Shown here piece after piece: positions 16,429 to 25,066 of a stretch of DNA of 55,135 nucleotides. The stretch's first letter is position 1. Each line of letters begins with the position of its first letter. The stretch lies in UHGV virus genome UHGV-0258472. One strand, given 5' to 3'. A model generated the notes under the pieces. The model saw only the letters and a list, made by a program, of their open reading frames with translations. It did no database searches and was not told where the DNA came from. This DNA comes from a virus. Made by a program: the position numbers and the translations under genes.

Positions 16429-17076
16429 TTATGGCAGGTTTACGATCTTCGCGTCAACTACCACACCTATGATTTTAGATTCTGGATTCATAGGGATTGG
16501 CGGATACAGCGGATTGAGCGAACGTAAAAGCCTTTGACCTCCATCAATAACAAGCTGTTTAAACGTAGGTGTTTGCCCTTCCTCCAGTTGGGCTATAACC
16601 AGTTTTCCGTCAATAGCTGGCGCGTGCGGATCGACAAGTATCATCGTCCCCGCTGGTATACTCAATCCTTGCGGCGCGTTCATTGATTCGCCTTTAGCTA
16701 CCAGCCAATAACTATCATCTGAACAAATAACGCTAGTCGTAACGTGTGGTAATGTTGCTCGCCTTGTATCTTCCATATTGTTTACTGCGTCCTTCCAGTC
16801 AACAACCGGGTAACTACCTAAATCACGCGGCGGCGCTCCCGGTAATGTATTAGAAATAGAATCATCTATGACCATTCCATCGTGTGTAACAGTGAATTGC
16901 CGACGCCCAAGCGCCCGCATGATACGCGCAATATCTTCAAGATTCGGCTCGCGGCGACCGTTCAGCCAGTGTGACAGGCCGCCTTTAGTTATCCCCATGA
17001 GATCCGCGAGTGAATCCTGGCTCATGCCTTGCGCCCGCATGAGTTGCTTTGCTAAGTCGTACCATTTTGTTTTCAT
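16429..17076 (-). CDS. CI-type prophage repressor (XRE HTH plus LexA-like S24 peptidase domain)
   Basis: N-terminal HTH (SQDSLADLMGITKGGLSHWLNGRR) and C-terminal Ser-Lys autopeptidase region (GESM ... KQLVIDG); ATG at 17076. Confidence 0.85.
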   Translation of the reverse strand: MKTKWYDLAKQLMRAQGMSQDSLADLMGITKGGLSHWLNGRREPNLEDIARIMRALGRRQFTVTHDGMVIDDSISNTLPGAPPRDLGSYPVVDWKDAVNNMEDTRRATLPHVTTSVICSDDSYWLVAKGESMNAPQGLSIPAGTMILVDPHAPAIDGKLVIAQLEEGQTPTFKQLVIDGGQRLLRSLNPLYPPIPMNPESKIIGVVVDAKIVNLP

Positions 17077-17100
17077 ATCGCTACCCTATAACCTCAAAAA

Positions 17101-17200
17101 GTTTGACGCAAGTCACAAAACGTATTTTTCAAGCCTTGATCTTAAAACTCCATTCTGTAAACTTGCAGACAAGGTAAGGCCATACTTGCAAGGATGCAAG
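17101..17200. promoter_or_regulatory. candidate operator/promoter region between divergent repressor and rightward genes
   Basis: Repeated (A)CTTGCA(A)G-like half-sites (tgacgcaagtca, acttgcagac, acttgcaaggatgcaag) in the divergent intergenic region. Confidence 0.4.
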
Positions 17201-17380
17201 AAAAAAGATAATGGAAAGCACAAAAAGGCACATACCTTAAAAGCTCTTTAAAAATCCGGTGTCGCTGCGAAGCGAAAAACAAATATCACGCAACGGCGGG
17301 ATCTGTTGAGCGGTCAGTCACTGCTATCTAATGCTAATGGGATACCCGCCAGCGCGTTCACTCTAATCATAGGAGAAAAT

Positions 17381-17626
17381 ATGTATTACGTGCGCAAGGC
17401 TTTTGATATTCGCCTGAATAACAATGATCCGGCGCAAAAACTCATCTTAATTGCACTGGCAACAAAGGCCGGATGCAACGGTAAAAGCGAAGTAACGCCG
17501 GAAGAGATCGCTGAAATGTGCGAAATTTCGTTACGAGATACTATCTCTGCACTTCATCAACTGAAAAGAAGCGGCCTAATCAGCCAGCTACCGGGTTTTT
17601 TCTGTGTTTATCAGTTAATGTTTTAG
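17381..17626 (+). CDS. small HTH protein, paralogous to the N-terminus of the replication initiator; first rightward gene (possible Cro-like role)
   Basis: ATG at 17381 with SD aggag; KLILIALATKA...EEIAEMCEIS...LHQLKRSGLI parallels the N-terminus of 17633..18634. Confidence 0.5.
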   Translation: MYYVRKAFDIRLNNNDPAQKLILIALATKAGCNGKSEVTPEEIAEMCEISLRDTISALHQLKRSGLISQLPGFFCVYQLMF

Positions 17627-17632
17627 TTCGTC

Positions 17633-18634
17633 ATGAGGTTAATGCTTATGAGTATGCGGCTAATGGTAGAGGTATTCCATACTGAGGTCGGTGATCCAAT
17701 GCACAAACTAGTGCTGTTGAAGTTAGCTGATAACGCTAATGATAACGGCGAGTGTTACCCTTCTTACCATCACATAGCAAAGGAGTGTGAGATCAGCAAA
17801 AGAACAGCTATGAGGGCTGTAGACTCACTTTGTGAAAAAGGGTTGTTGATTAAACAACCAAGATACTTAATCGGAGGAAAAGAGCAAACTAGTAATTTCT
17901 ATGTAATAGTCCTTCCGTCATTGCATGGTAGTGTCACTGTGACACCGGGGGTAGTGACACAGAGTCACCAGGGTAGTGACACAGAGTCACCGGGGGTAGT
18001 GACACAGAGTCACCCTAACCAGTCATATATAACCAGTAAAGAGAACATTAAAGATATACCCCCTTATATCCCCCCAAAAGAAAAACATGTCAATCAGGAT
18101 GGCATAAACGAAGCGGCGTTGCGTTGCCTGGCCTTCTACAACGACAAGGCAGGATGCAAGTGTCGTGATGCTAAGCCATTCATCGAACTACTGACAGAAA
18201 CAAAAACACGTAAGGCATATACTGAGGATGAGATCACGTTAGTAATTGAGTGGGCTTTAACGCAATGGCGTAGCCGTGGTGGAACACCTAAGCCTATCAA
18301 CATTTGCAGGGTAACTAAGTTTGATGGGTATTTGGCTGATGCTGAACAATGGCGCAAGCTATCAGCTACTGTAAACGCTGCCGACGTGGTGGAAGCATTT
18401 AACAGCACGTTTGACGGCCTGTTACCACCTGCCGAACTGGATCGTGATCTTGAGCGCAAGATCTATGCGTTCACTGACTACCTGAAAGACAAAAGCATTA
18501 ACGGCTTTGTCGCCTACTTCGAAACGTTCAAAAACACGGCTTCAGATTTTTACTTCGGCAATGGCTTTACTGCGACACTTGATTTCCTGCTTAAACCAAA
18601 AACGCTACGTGATACACGCGCTGGCGCTCTTTGA
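17633..18634 (+). CDS. replication initiator protein containing the origin iterons
   Basis: N-terminal winged-HTH-like region; iterons embedded in the coding sequence as in lambda O; true start may be ATG 17699 (SD gaggt). Confidence 0.65.
   Translation: MRLMLMSMRLMVEVFHTEVGDPMHKLVLLKLADNANDNGECYPSYHHIAKECEISKRTAMRAVDSLCEKGLLIKQPRYLIGGKEQTSNFYVIVLPSLHGSVTVTPGVVTQSHQGSDTESPGVVTQSHPNQSYITSKENIKDIPPYIPPKEKHVNQDGINEAALRCLAFYNDKAGCKCRDAKPFIELLTETKTRKAYTEDEITLVIEWALTQWRSRGGTPKPINICRVTKFDGYLADAEQWRKLSATVNAADVVEAFNSTFDGLLPPAELDRDLERKIYAFTDYLKDKSINGFVAYFETFKNTASDFYFGNGFTATLDFLLKPKTLRDTRAGAL
17928..18014. repeat. origin iterons: one degenerate plus three exact copies of GTAGTGACACAGAGTCACC
   Basis: Copies at 17928-17946 (degenerate), 17951-17969, 17974-17992, 17996-18014; each carries an internal GTGAC/GTCAC inverted repeat; AT-rich segment follows. 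Confidence 0.7.
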
Positions 18635-18766
18635 CCACCCACGATCCGCAAAAAACAAAAATTACCCACAAAACAACCTCACCAGCGAACTAAATCGCAT
18701 ATGGTGCTACACTTGCTTACCTTTTGCGATTAGCTCGTTATAGAGCATTACAGAGAGGATTTTAAA

Positions 18767-18868
18767 ATGGACGGTAAACACGTTTTCGCCCTGGCTTTTG
18801 CCATCGCTGCGGCAATCGCTGTTAACGTCGCTTTGTTCGGCGGTTTGTACCTTCTCGTTAATCCATAA
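18767..18868 (+). CDS. small hydrophobic peptide (33 aa)
   Basis: ATG at 18767 with SD agagagga; Ala/Leu-rich single TM-like translation. Confidence 0.4.
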   Translation: MDGKHVFALAFAIAAAIAVNVALFGGLYLLVNP

Positions 18869-19009
18869 CCTACCTACCAGTCTGTAAATCGAAAATTAGC
18901 CACCTGATAGCGCCTCTGACGCAATAAGACACTGCAACCTGTGCAAACTGGTGTCGCGGTGGGATTTTTGCGTTGTAGCGCGTCTGAGGCGTTTTAAGGA
19001 GTTGGAACG

Positions 19010-19933
19010 ATGCGCAAGTTAACACATGATGAACATGTTGCGGCTATCGCTAAGGTTAATCATGATGTCGAAGTGCTTGGGGAAATTGTTAATAACAGGA
19101 CAAAAGTATCCTGCCGCTGCAAGGTTTGCAGTCACGAATGGTCGGCTAGACCTTACAATCTTAAAAGCGGTCACGGCTGCCCGAAATGCGCCGGAAAGAT
19201 GAAATTATCACACGAAGAACAGGTTGCCGCTATCGAGAAGGTTAATTCTGATGTCGAAGTGATTGGCGAAATAATAAACGGCTATACAAAAGCATTATGC
19301 CGCTGCAAAGTTTGTAATCACGAATGGTCGGCTAAACCTAACAACCTAAAAAACGGGCGCGGCTGCCCGAAATGTAAAGGTTTAAAAATCGCACAAAGAC
19401 GAACATTATCACACGAAGAACATTTATCCGCTATCACTAAGGTAAATCATGATATTGAAGTATTGGCAGAAATAATAAACGATAGGACAAAAGTATTATG
19501 TCGATGCAAGGTTTGTGATCATAAGTGGTCGCCTAGACCTTATGCTATTAAAAGCGGGCAAGGCTGCCCGAAATGTGCGAAACACGGTTTTTTGTCACAC
19601 GATTTCGGCAAACTTTACATCATGGTTGATGATCCTGAAGTGCCTACACAAATGAAAATCGGCGTAAGCGTTAATGAGAACAAGCGAAGAAATCGGGTAT
19701 TAAAAAGCGCACATAAATCAGGCGTTAGAATCCCTGATTTATGTGTCGTGAAAACGTTAGAAGGTCCAACCGAAAATATCCATGAATTAGAAAGCACGAT
19801 GCATAAATATTTCAGCAATTATAAAATTAACTTTCCTGTAAAATTTGATGGCAGCAATGAGTTTTTCTATTACAGGCCTGAAGTATTCGACATGGTAGAA
19901 GAAGCATATAAAGAGGTTGTTTGCTGCCAATGA
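19010..19933 (+). CDS. protein with three tandem zinc-ribbon repeats and a C-terminal T5orf172/GIY-YIG-like domain
   Basis: Three ~60-aa repeats each with CRCKVC ... GCPKC; C-terminal KLYIMVDD ... KIGVS ... NEFFYY resembling the GIY-YIG/T5orf172 pattern; ATG 19010 with SD aaggag. Confidence 0.6.
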   Translation: MRKLTHDEHVAAIAKVNHDVEVLGEIVNNRTKVSCRCKVCSHEWSARPYNLKSGHGCPKCAGKMKLSHEEQVAAIEKVNSDVEVIGEIINGYTKALCRCKVCNHEWSAKPNNLKNGRGCPKCKGLKIAQRRTLSHEEHLSAITKVNHDIEVLAEIINDRTKVLCRCKVCDHKWSPRPYAIKSGQGCPKCAKHGFLSHDFGKLYIMVDDPEVPTQMKIGVSVNENKRRNRVLKSAHKSGVRIPDLCVVKTLEGPTENIHELESTMHKYFSNYKINFPVKFDGSNEFFYYRPEVFDMVEEAYKEVVCCQ

Positions 19934-19966
19934 GTATACAAAATGTAAACCTGAGGAAATAACGTT

Positions 19967-21085
19967 ATGTCACAAAGAAAGATCAGCGACGAACAACTGA
20001 TCGCTGAATACAACAATGGGAAAACTTACAAGCAAATAGCCGAAGAATATGGAATGGCAAAACGCAACGTAGAACGCCTGGGCGCACGGCTGGCGAAGCG
20101 CGGTTTAATATCCACGCGCCGCGCACCTGGCTTCGGTGTTAACGGTGAATCATTGCTCGTTGATAAGGATGGCGATGTGATTATGCGCTGGATTAAAACA
20201 GCCCGTGATCGCGACGAAATGGAAAGGCTAATGCAATCGGCTTGCGACGCTTTCACGGAAGAGATACCACGCGCGGAGGCCGTGCCAGTGCCTGAAATTG
20301 ATTTCCAAAAAAGCCTGGCCCTTTATCCGGTATTCGATCTTCATATCGGTGCGCTTGCTCATAAATCTGAATGCGGTGAGAGCTACGACACCGGGATCGC
20401 TGAACGCGTGCTAAATGATTTCTTTGACTACGCGGTAGGCGCTGCGCCAATGTCTGAAAAGGCTGTTTTGCTTCTCGGCGGGGATGTGCTTCACACGGAC
20501 GGGCTATTGCCAGTGACACCATCAAGCAATCACGTCCTGGATTGCGATTCACGCTACGCAAAACTTGTTTATGTGGCGATCCGGTCGGTCCGGCGGGCGG
20601 TCGGGAAAATGTTGTTAAACCACAAGGACGTCGAGATCCAAGTGTTATCCGGCAATCACGACCAGTCAGGAATGATCTGGCTACGTGCTGCGCTGGCTGC
20701 TTTTTACGAAGATGAACCGCGTGTGACGGTTGATGTGTCCCCTGCTATCGTCCACCACACACAGTACGGAAAAACATTCCTTGCCTATCATCACGGTCAT
20801 ACTATCAAAAAACCCGAAAATTTGTTGGCGGCGTGCGTCTCTGACTGGCGGGAGGATTTCGGCAAGTCGTCGGCGGTTTACGCTCATTGCGGGCACTGGC
20901 ATCATCAACGGCTGATTGAATCATCGTTAGGCGTTGTCGAGTATCACGGCACATTAGCTGGCAAAGACGCTTATTCAACGAATGGCGGCTGGCGGTCGCG
21001 GCGGCTGGCGGCGGTAATAATTTACAGTCCTGATCACGGGGAGATCGGGCGCTTTGTTTATTACCCTGAATATTCCATTTTGTAA
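19967..21085 (+). CDS. HTH-domain protein fused to a calcineurin-like metallophosphoesterase
   Basis: N-terminal HTH; phosphoesterase motifs DLHIG, GGDVLHTDG, GNHDQ, HHGH, GHWHH; ATG 19967. Confidence 0.6.
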   Translation: MSQRKISDEQLIAEYNNGKTYKQIAEEYGMAKRNVERLGARLAKRGLISTRRAPGFGVNGESLLVDKDGDVIMRWIKTARDRDEMERLMQSACDAFTEEIPRAEAVPVPEIDFQKSLALYPVFDLHIGALAHKSECGESYDTGIAERVLNDFFDYAVGAAPMSEKAVLLLGGDVLHTDGLLPVTPSSNHVLDCDSRYAKLVYVAIRSVRRAVGKMLLNHKDVEIQVLSGNHDQSGMIWLRAALAAFYEDEPRVTVDVSPAIVHHTQYGKTFLAYHHGHTIKKPENLLAACVSDWREDFGKSSAVYAHCGHWHHQRLIESSLGVVEYHGTLAGKDAYSTNGGWRSRRLAAVIIYSPDHGEIGRFVYYPEYSIL

Positions 21086-21103
21086 ACCTGAGGAAATGCC
21101 ATA

Positions 21104-22525
21104 ATGGTGACTGAGCAAGTAAACTCATTACGCCAGGAACGTGAGGCGGCTGTGATAGGTGGCCTCCTGTTAGGCGGGCTTACTCCTAACGCGCAAGATG
21201 TTCTTGCTACGCTCGATCCTGAAGTCTTCACCATTCCACTATATAAACGAGCGTTTGAGATCATCCGGGCGCAAGCAAGAAACAGAAACCTTATTGACGC
21301 GCTGATGGTCGGTGATGAAATCGGTAACGAAAATTTTGTCCCGCTAATGCAGACGGCGCGATCGTGTCCATCTGCCGCCAACCTTAAGGGGTACGCCGCG
21401 CTATTACAGGAGGAATATCAGCGGCGGCAGATGTTGGAACTGATGGACGATATACGCTACAACCTGGAAAACGGGACACTTGAAGCTGTCAGGGAGACGA
21501 TGAAATATTTTGATTCCCGGTATTCAAAATTAAAAGTAACGAAAGACAAGATTATTCCGGTGCTGTTGCGCGACGCGGTACAGGAGTACACGGAAGTTTT
21601 AAGCAAACGTATGGAATGTGGTGTCAATTCTGACAATATCAAAACAGGGATAGATCCACTCGACGAAATGTTAGGCGGCATTAACGCTACTGATCTGGTA
21701 CTTATCGCCGGACGCCCTGGATCTGGTAAATCGGCGTTGGCGTTGGCAATTGCCCGCGCGGCGGCTGAACGTCCATACCCTGGCGGCGAAGGTCAACGGG
21801 TCGGCGTTTTGCTGTTCACGCTTGAAATGTCGCTAGATCAGATGACTGAACGCGCTATAGCTGGCGCTGGGAATTTATCAACGGATTGCCTACGTAATCC
21901 GGTAAAACTTGATGACGAAGGGTGGGCGCACGTTGCCCAGGGGATGAGCGCACTTGCCGATCTCGACGTGTGGATTGTTGACGCATCGCAATTGACAGTA
22001 GAGGAAATCCGCGCCACCACGGAACGGATGAAACAGGACCATCCCAACCTGGGAATGGTAATGATTGACTACATCGGGTTAATGAAGCTGGCTAAGGCCG
22101 AACGTCATGATCTCGCCGTAGGGCAATTGTCGTGGTCATTGAAAATGATGGCGAAAGAGTTGCGCGTGCCAGTGGCGGCGCTGGCGCAATTATCCCGCCG
22201 CGTTGAAGAACGACCGAACAAGCGCCCGAACAATTCCGATCTGCGTGATTCCGGTAATCTTGAACAAGACGCAGACCGGATCATCATGGTCTACCGCGAC
22301 GGCTACTACAACGAACAATCAGTTGCCCGCGAATACATGGAGATCATCGTTTCAAAAAACCGTCACGGGAAAACGGGGACTGTTTACCAGCGGTTTGACG
22401 ATAACGGCAACATTTTACCATGCGACCAGGCACGCGCGGCGTCAGCCTGCATACAGTCAATGCAACAACGTCCGGCAGCAAGCCGATTTTCCCCACGAAA
22501 TAACCAGAATAACGCATCTTTTTAA
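21104..22525 (+). CDS. DnaB-family replicative DNA helicase
   Basis: Walker A GRPGSGKS, DnaB-like N-terminal domain and RecA-like core motifs; ATG 21104. Confidence 0.85.
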   Translation: MVTEQVNSLRQEREAAVIGGLLLGGLTPNAQDVLATLDPEVFTIPLYKRAFEIIRAQARNRNLIDALMVGDEIGNENFVPLMQTARSCPSAANLKGYAALLQEEYQRRQMLELMDDIRYNLENGTLEAVRETMKYFDSRYSKLKVTKDKIIPVLLRDAVQEYTEVLSKRMECGVNSDNIKTGIDPLDEMLGGINATDLVLIAGRPGSGKSALALAIARAAAERPYPGGEGQRVGVLLFTLEMSLDQMTERAIAGAGNLSTDCLRNPVKLDDEGWAHVAQGMSALADLDVWIVDASQLTVEEIRATTERMKQDHPNLGMVMIDYIGLMKLAKAERHDLAVGQLSWSLKMMAKELRVPVAALAQLSRRVEERPNKRPNNSDLRDSGNLEQDADRIIMVYRDGYYNEQSVAREYMEIIVSKNRHGKTGTVYQRFDDNGNILPCDQARAASACIQSMQQRPAASRFSPRNNQNNASF

Positions 22526-22602
22526 TTAACTTGAGCAAACGGCTTACCGGAAAGTTGACCTTTCCTGGTGGCTGTTTTCGCGCTTAAAACGAGGCGAAAA
22601 CA

Positions 22603-23160
22603 ATGAGCATTGAACTTGAAACAAAAGTTATCAATATCCTTGAACTGGACGGCATCGCAACAATGCACCAGCTACGCCAGAAAACCGGATTATCCGCGGA
22701 ATATGACGAAGCCGGATGTTTGCCTGAGACAATTAAACACTTGATTGATACTGGTATTGTCGAGCGTGTATATACATATTTCGGACCGCGCCGCCGCTTA
22801 TTGGGGTATCGAATTAAATATTTGTATGCACAACGGCGCGATCGTGTGGCTGCATTATTTAGTGACTACAGCGTTAAAAAGCGTATGCGTGACATTAGCG
22901 CGGAAACTGGTATTCCGTGGAATTATCTTTCGCGCACGCTGCGTTTAATGGTACTGGATGAAACACTTTGCATCGATACCAATAAACATGGCCTTAATTT
23001 TTACTCACTGTTTAAACCTGGGCGCTTCGGTCACGCAAATGATCTCGCGTTTGACTTTGACAGCCGCCTGAACGAATACCGGAAAAATAACGGACTGCTA
23101 CCGGATAAACCAGTATTTGAGATCGAAAAACTTAACGTGGAAACGGGGTTAGAATTATGA
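22603..23160 (+). CDS. hypothetical protein (185 aa)
   Basis: ATG 22603 with SD gaggcg. Confidence 0.45.
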   Translation: MSIELETKVINILELDGIATMHQLRQKTGLSAEYDEAGCLPETIKHLIDTGIVERVYTYFGPRRRLLGYRIKYLYAQRRDRVAALFSDYSVKKRMRDISAETGIPWNYLSRTLRLMVLDETLCIDTNKHGLNFYSLFKPGRFGHANDLAFDFDSRLNEYRKNNGLLPDKPVFEIEKLNVETGLEL

Positions 23161-23363
23161 GACGAGTAATCTTTTATTCAGTTGAAACGTTTGTTGATGA
23201 TACGCGTGTTTATTATCCGTGGGAAGTATGCGACGCAATGGTGTATACACCGCCACTAATGCGGAAATATAAACACGTAAAATTTAACCGGGTTTTCGTG
23301 CCAATGCGCGATGCATTACGGGCGCTGCGTGGTGAATTACGAAACACAATGCGGATTGTGTAA
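23157..23363 (+). CDS. hypothetical protein (68 aa)
   Basis: ATG 23157 overlaps upstream stop (ATGA). Confidence 0.4.
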   Translation: MRRVIFYSVETFVDDTRVYYPWEVCDAMVYTPPLMRKYKHVKFNRVFVPMRDALRALRGELRNTMRIV

Positions 23364-23372
23364 GGGGGAATC

Positions 23373-23570
23373 ATGAACAAGGGTTTGGAGTTAACCGTGG
23401 AGGATTTAAGCACTATTGCTGAATACATGCGCGGCGATGATCCTGATAAACCTGTCACGGTTGACATGAAATATTTAAAAGGCGCTTTCATGACAAGCTC
23501 GCGGCTAATTTCTTTGCAGGCGATTATGTACGCACGGGCACAATGGAAAAATAGCAATGGTGTATTATGA
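23373..23570 (+). CDS. hypothetical protein (65 aa)
   Basis: ATG 23373 with SD aaggggga. Confidence 0.4.
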   Translation: MNKGLELTVEDLSTIAEYMRGDDPDKPVTVDMKYLKGAFMTSSRLISLQAIMYARAQWKNSNGVL

Positions 23571-23998
23571 GGCAAATTAGATTTGAGATAGTAAACGACG
23601 CCGTGAAAGAAAATGCTATCAGGCAGATAAGAGAGATCCAGCCTGATAGCAAAAGCCCGCTGATAATTACCATCCAGGAGAAAACCCGCTCGCTAAGCCA
23701 AAATGCGTTGCTTTGGGCGCTGTTAACCGACATTAGCGATCAGGTTAATTGGTACGGTAAAAAGCTGTCGCCGGAAGACTGGAAAGCGGTATTCACTGCC
23801 GGACTTAAGAAATATGGCGTCGTCCCTAACCTGGATAAATCCGGCTTCGTTGTATTGGGAACGTCTACAAGTCGAATGAGTAAATCAGAATTCAGTGAAC
23901 TAATCGAATTGATTTACTCGTTCGGTGCTGAACATGATGTTCAATGGTCTGGTGATACGAAATTAAACGAGGAATTTATAAAACGCTGGGGGCAATAA
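23567..23998 (+). CDS. ninB: NinB (Orf) recombination mediator
   Basis: Translation ...ITIQEKTRSLSQNALLWALLTDIS.QV.W.G..L..E.WK.VFTA.L matches lambda NinB/Orf; ATG 23567. Confidence 0.75.
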   Translation: MRQIRFEIVNDAVKENAIRQIREIQPDSKSPLIITIQEKTRSLSQNALLWALLTDISDQVNWYGKKLSPEDWKAVFTAGLKKYGVVPNLDKSGFVVLGTSTSRMSKSEFSELIELIYSFGAEHDVQWSGDTKLNEEFIKRWGQ

Positions 23999-24174
23999 TG
24001 GTTAGTTATTACATGGCTAGATCAACGGGGATTTTGTACAAAATAGATCGCCATACGGTGTACTACTTCAATAATCAAGCCAATGAATGGCGGGAATGTT
24101 TTTCTAAGTTTAAATCTGAAATAGAAAACAACCATGAATATTATATCAAGGTTGACAATGTAACTGTGGCGTAA
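23998..24174 (+). CDS. hypothetical small protein (58 aa)
   Basis: ATG 23998 overlaps NinB stop (TAATG); below ORF-track size cutoff. Confidence 0.35.
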   Translation: MVSYYMARSTGILYKIDRHTVYYFNNQANEWRECFSKFKSEIENNHEYYIKVDNVTVA

Positions 24175-24188
24175 CTGAGGATAAGCAA

Positions 24189-24848
24189 ATGAATAAACTT
24201 AAAGCAATTGGCGTAATTAGCCACCGCACTAACCCTGAGTGTTACCCATCGTTTGAGGTAACAACATGCCGCACAGAATATAATTTTGGAACATACTTTC
24301 TATTGGGTGTTCGCGCTGACACTGGCGGCACTTATTCTGTTATGGCGGCAAGCTGGAAATTTGATAAATACGCTAATTTATCTAACAAGGATGATGACGG
24401 CATGAATAAAGAAAGCGAAATTATTGATGAATTGATCGAAGATGAGCGGCATGATTGCGATAAGCCGGAAGTTACGGAATGGAAACAGGGAGAAAAGCCG
24501 CCGCGCGGCGTGTGGCTTGATTGTATTGGATTGGCAAGTGATAGAGTGATTGATGTAGTTAAGTTTTTCTACATTGGCGATAAGTGGTCTATTGCTCACA
24601 GTAAGTTAGAAACTGATATTGAAACACCGATTGCATGGAAACAATACTCGTATCGAATTCATATTGATCCGAAAGAAAAAGCACTGGCGCAAATTGCGTT
24701 TGCGCTTGCTACAAAGGTTATTGGTGAGGATGCGGCAAAAGAGATTGACTTTAACCGCGACAACGAATTTTCGTGCGATTATCGCAATATGGCGCAAGCA
24801 ATTATTGATGGATGTATCGGACACGTTGAATACACGGGGAAAAGATAA
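24189..24848 (+). CDS. hypothetical protein (219 aa)
   Basis: ATG 24189 with SD gagg. Confidence 0.5.
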   Translation: MNKLKAIGVISHRTNPECYPSFEVTTCRTEYNFGTYFLLGVRADTGGTYSVMAASWKFDKYANLSNKDDDGMNKESEIIDELIEDERHDCDKPEVTEWKQGEKPPRGVWLDCIGLASDRVIDVVKFFYIGDKWSIAHSKLETDIETPIAWKQYSYRIHIDPKEKALAQIAFALATKVIGEDAAKEIDFNRDNEFSCDYRNMAQAIIDGCIGHVEYTGKR

Positions 24849-25066
24849 TGGATAAGATCGGGACAATCCTTATTAATCGTGAGCAAGTGCAAAAAATGTT
24901 AGGCGGACTTAGCAAGTCCGCATTTTTTAAGCTCGTTAAAAAATGGAAAGATGCGGGAACTCCTTTCCCTGAACCTGTTAAGGGGATGCCAGCATTAAAG
25001 CGCGGCGGATCTCTTTACCGCTATCAGGACGTTATTTCATTTTGTAAATCAATGGGCTTCATGTAG
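24848..25066 (+). CDS. putative excisionase / AlpA-like small DNA-binding protein
   Basis: Small basic protein convergent with integrase; size and position typical of Xis/AlpA-type regulators. Confidence 0.4.
   Translation: MDKIGTILINREQVQKMLGGLSKSAFFKLVKKWKDAGTPFPEPVKGMPALKRGGSLYRYQDVISFCKSMGFM

Noticed and set aside
17062-17072. Copies of the CATTTTGT motif inside coding sequence (17062-17072 at the repressor start, 25038-25048 near the excisionase-like 3' end, 44974-44985 at the connector gene start)
   Set aside because: These are explained by codons for Lys-Thr-Lys-Trp and similar, or by the SD-ATG context; not counted as regulatory sites.
18625-18634. boxA-like sequence CGCTCTTTGA at the end of the initiator gene
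   Set aside because: Single occurrence with no adjacent boxB-type hairpin; insufficient to call a nut site.
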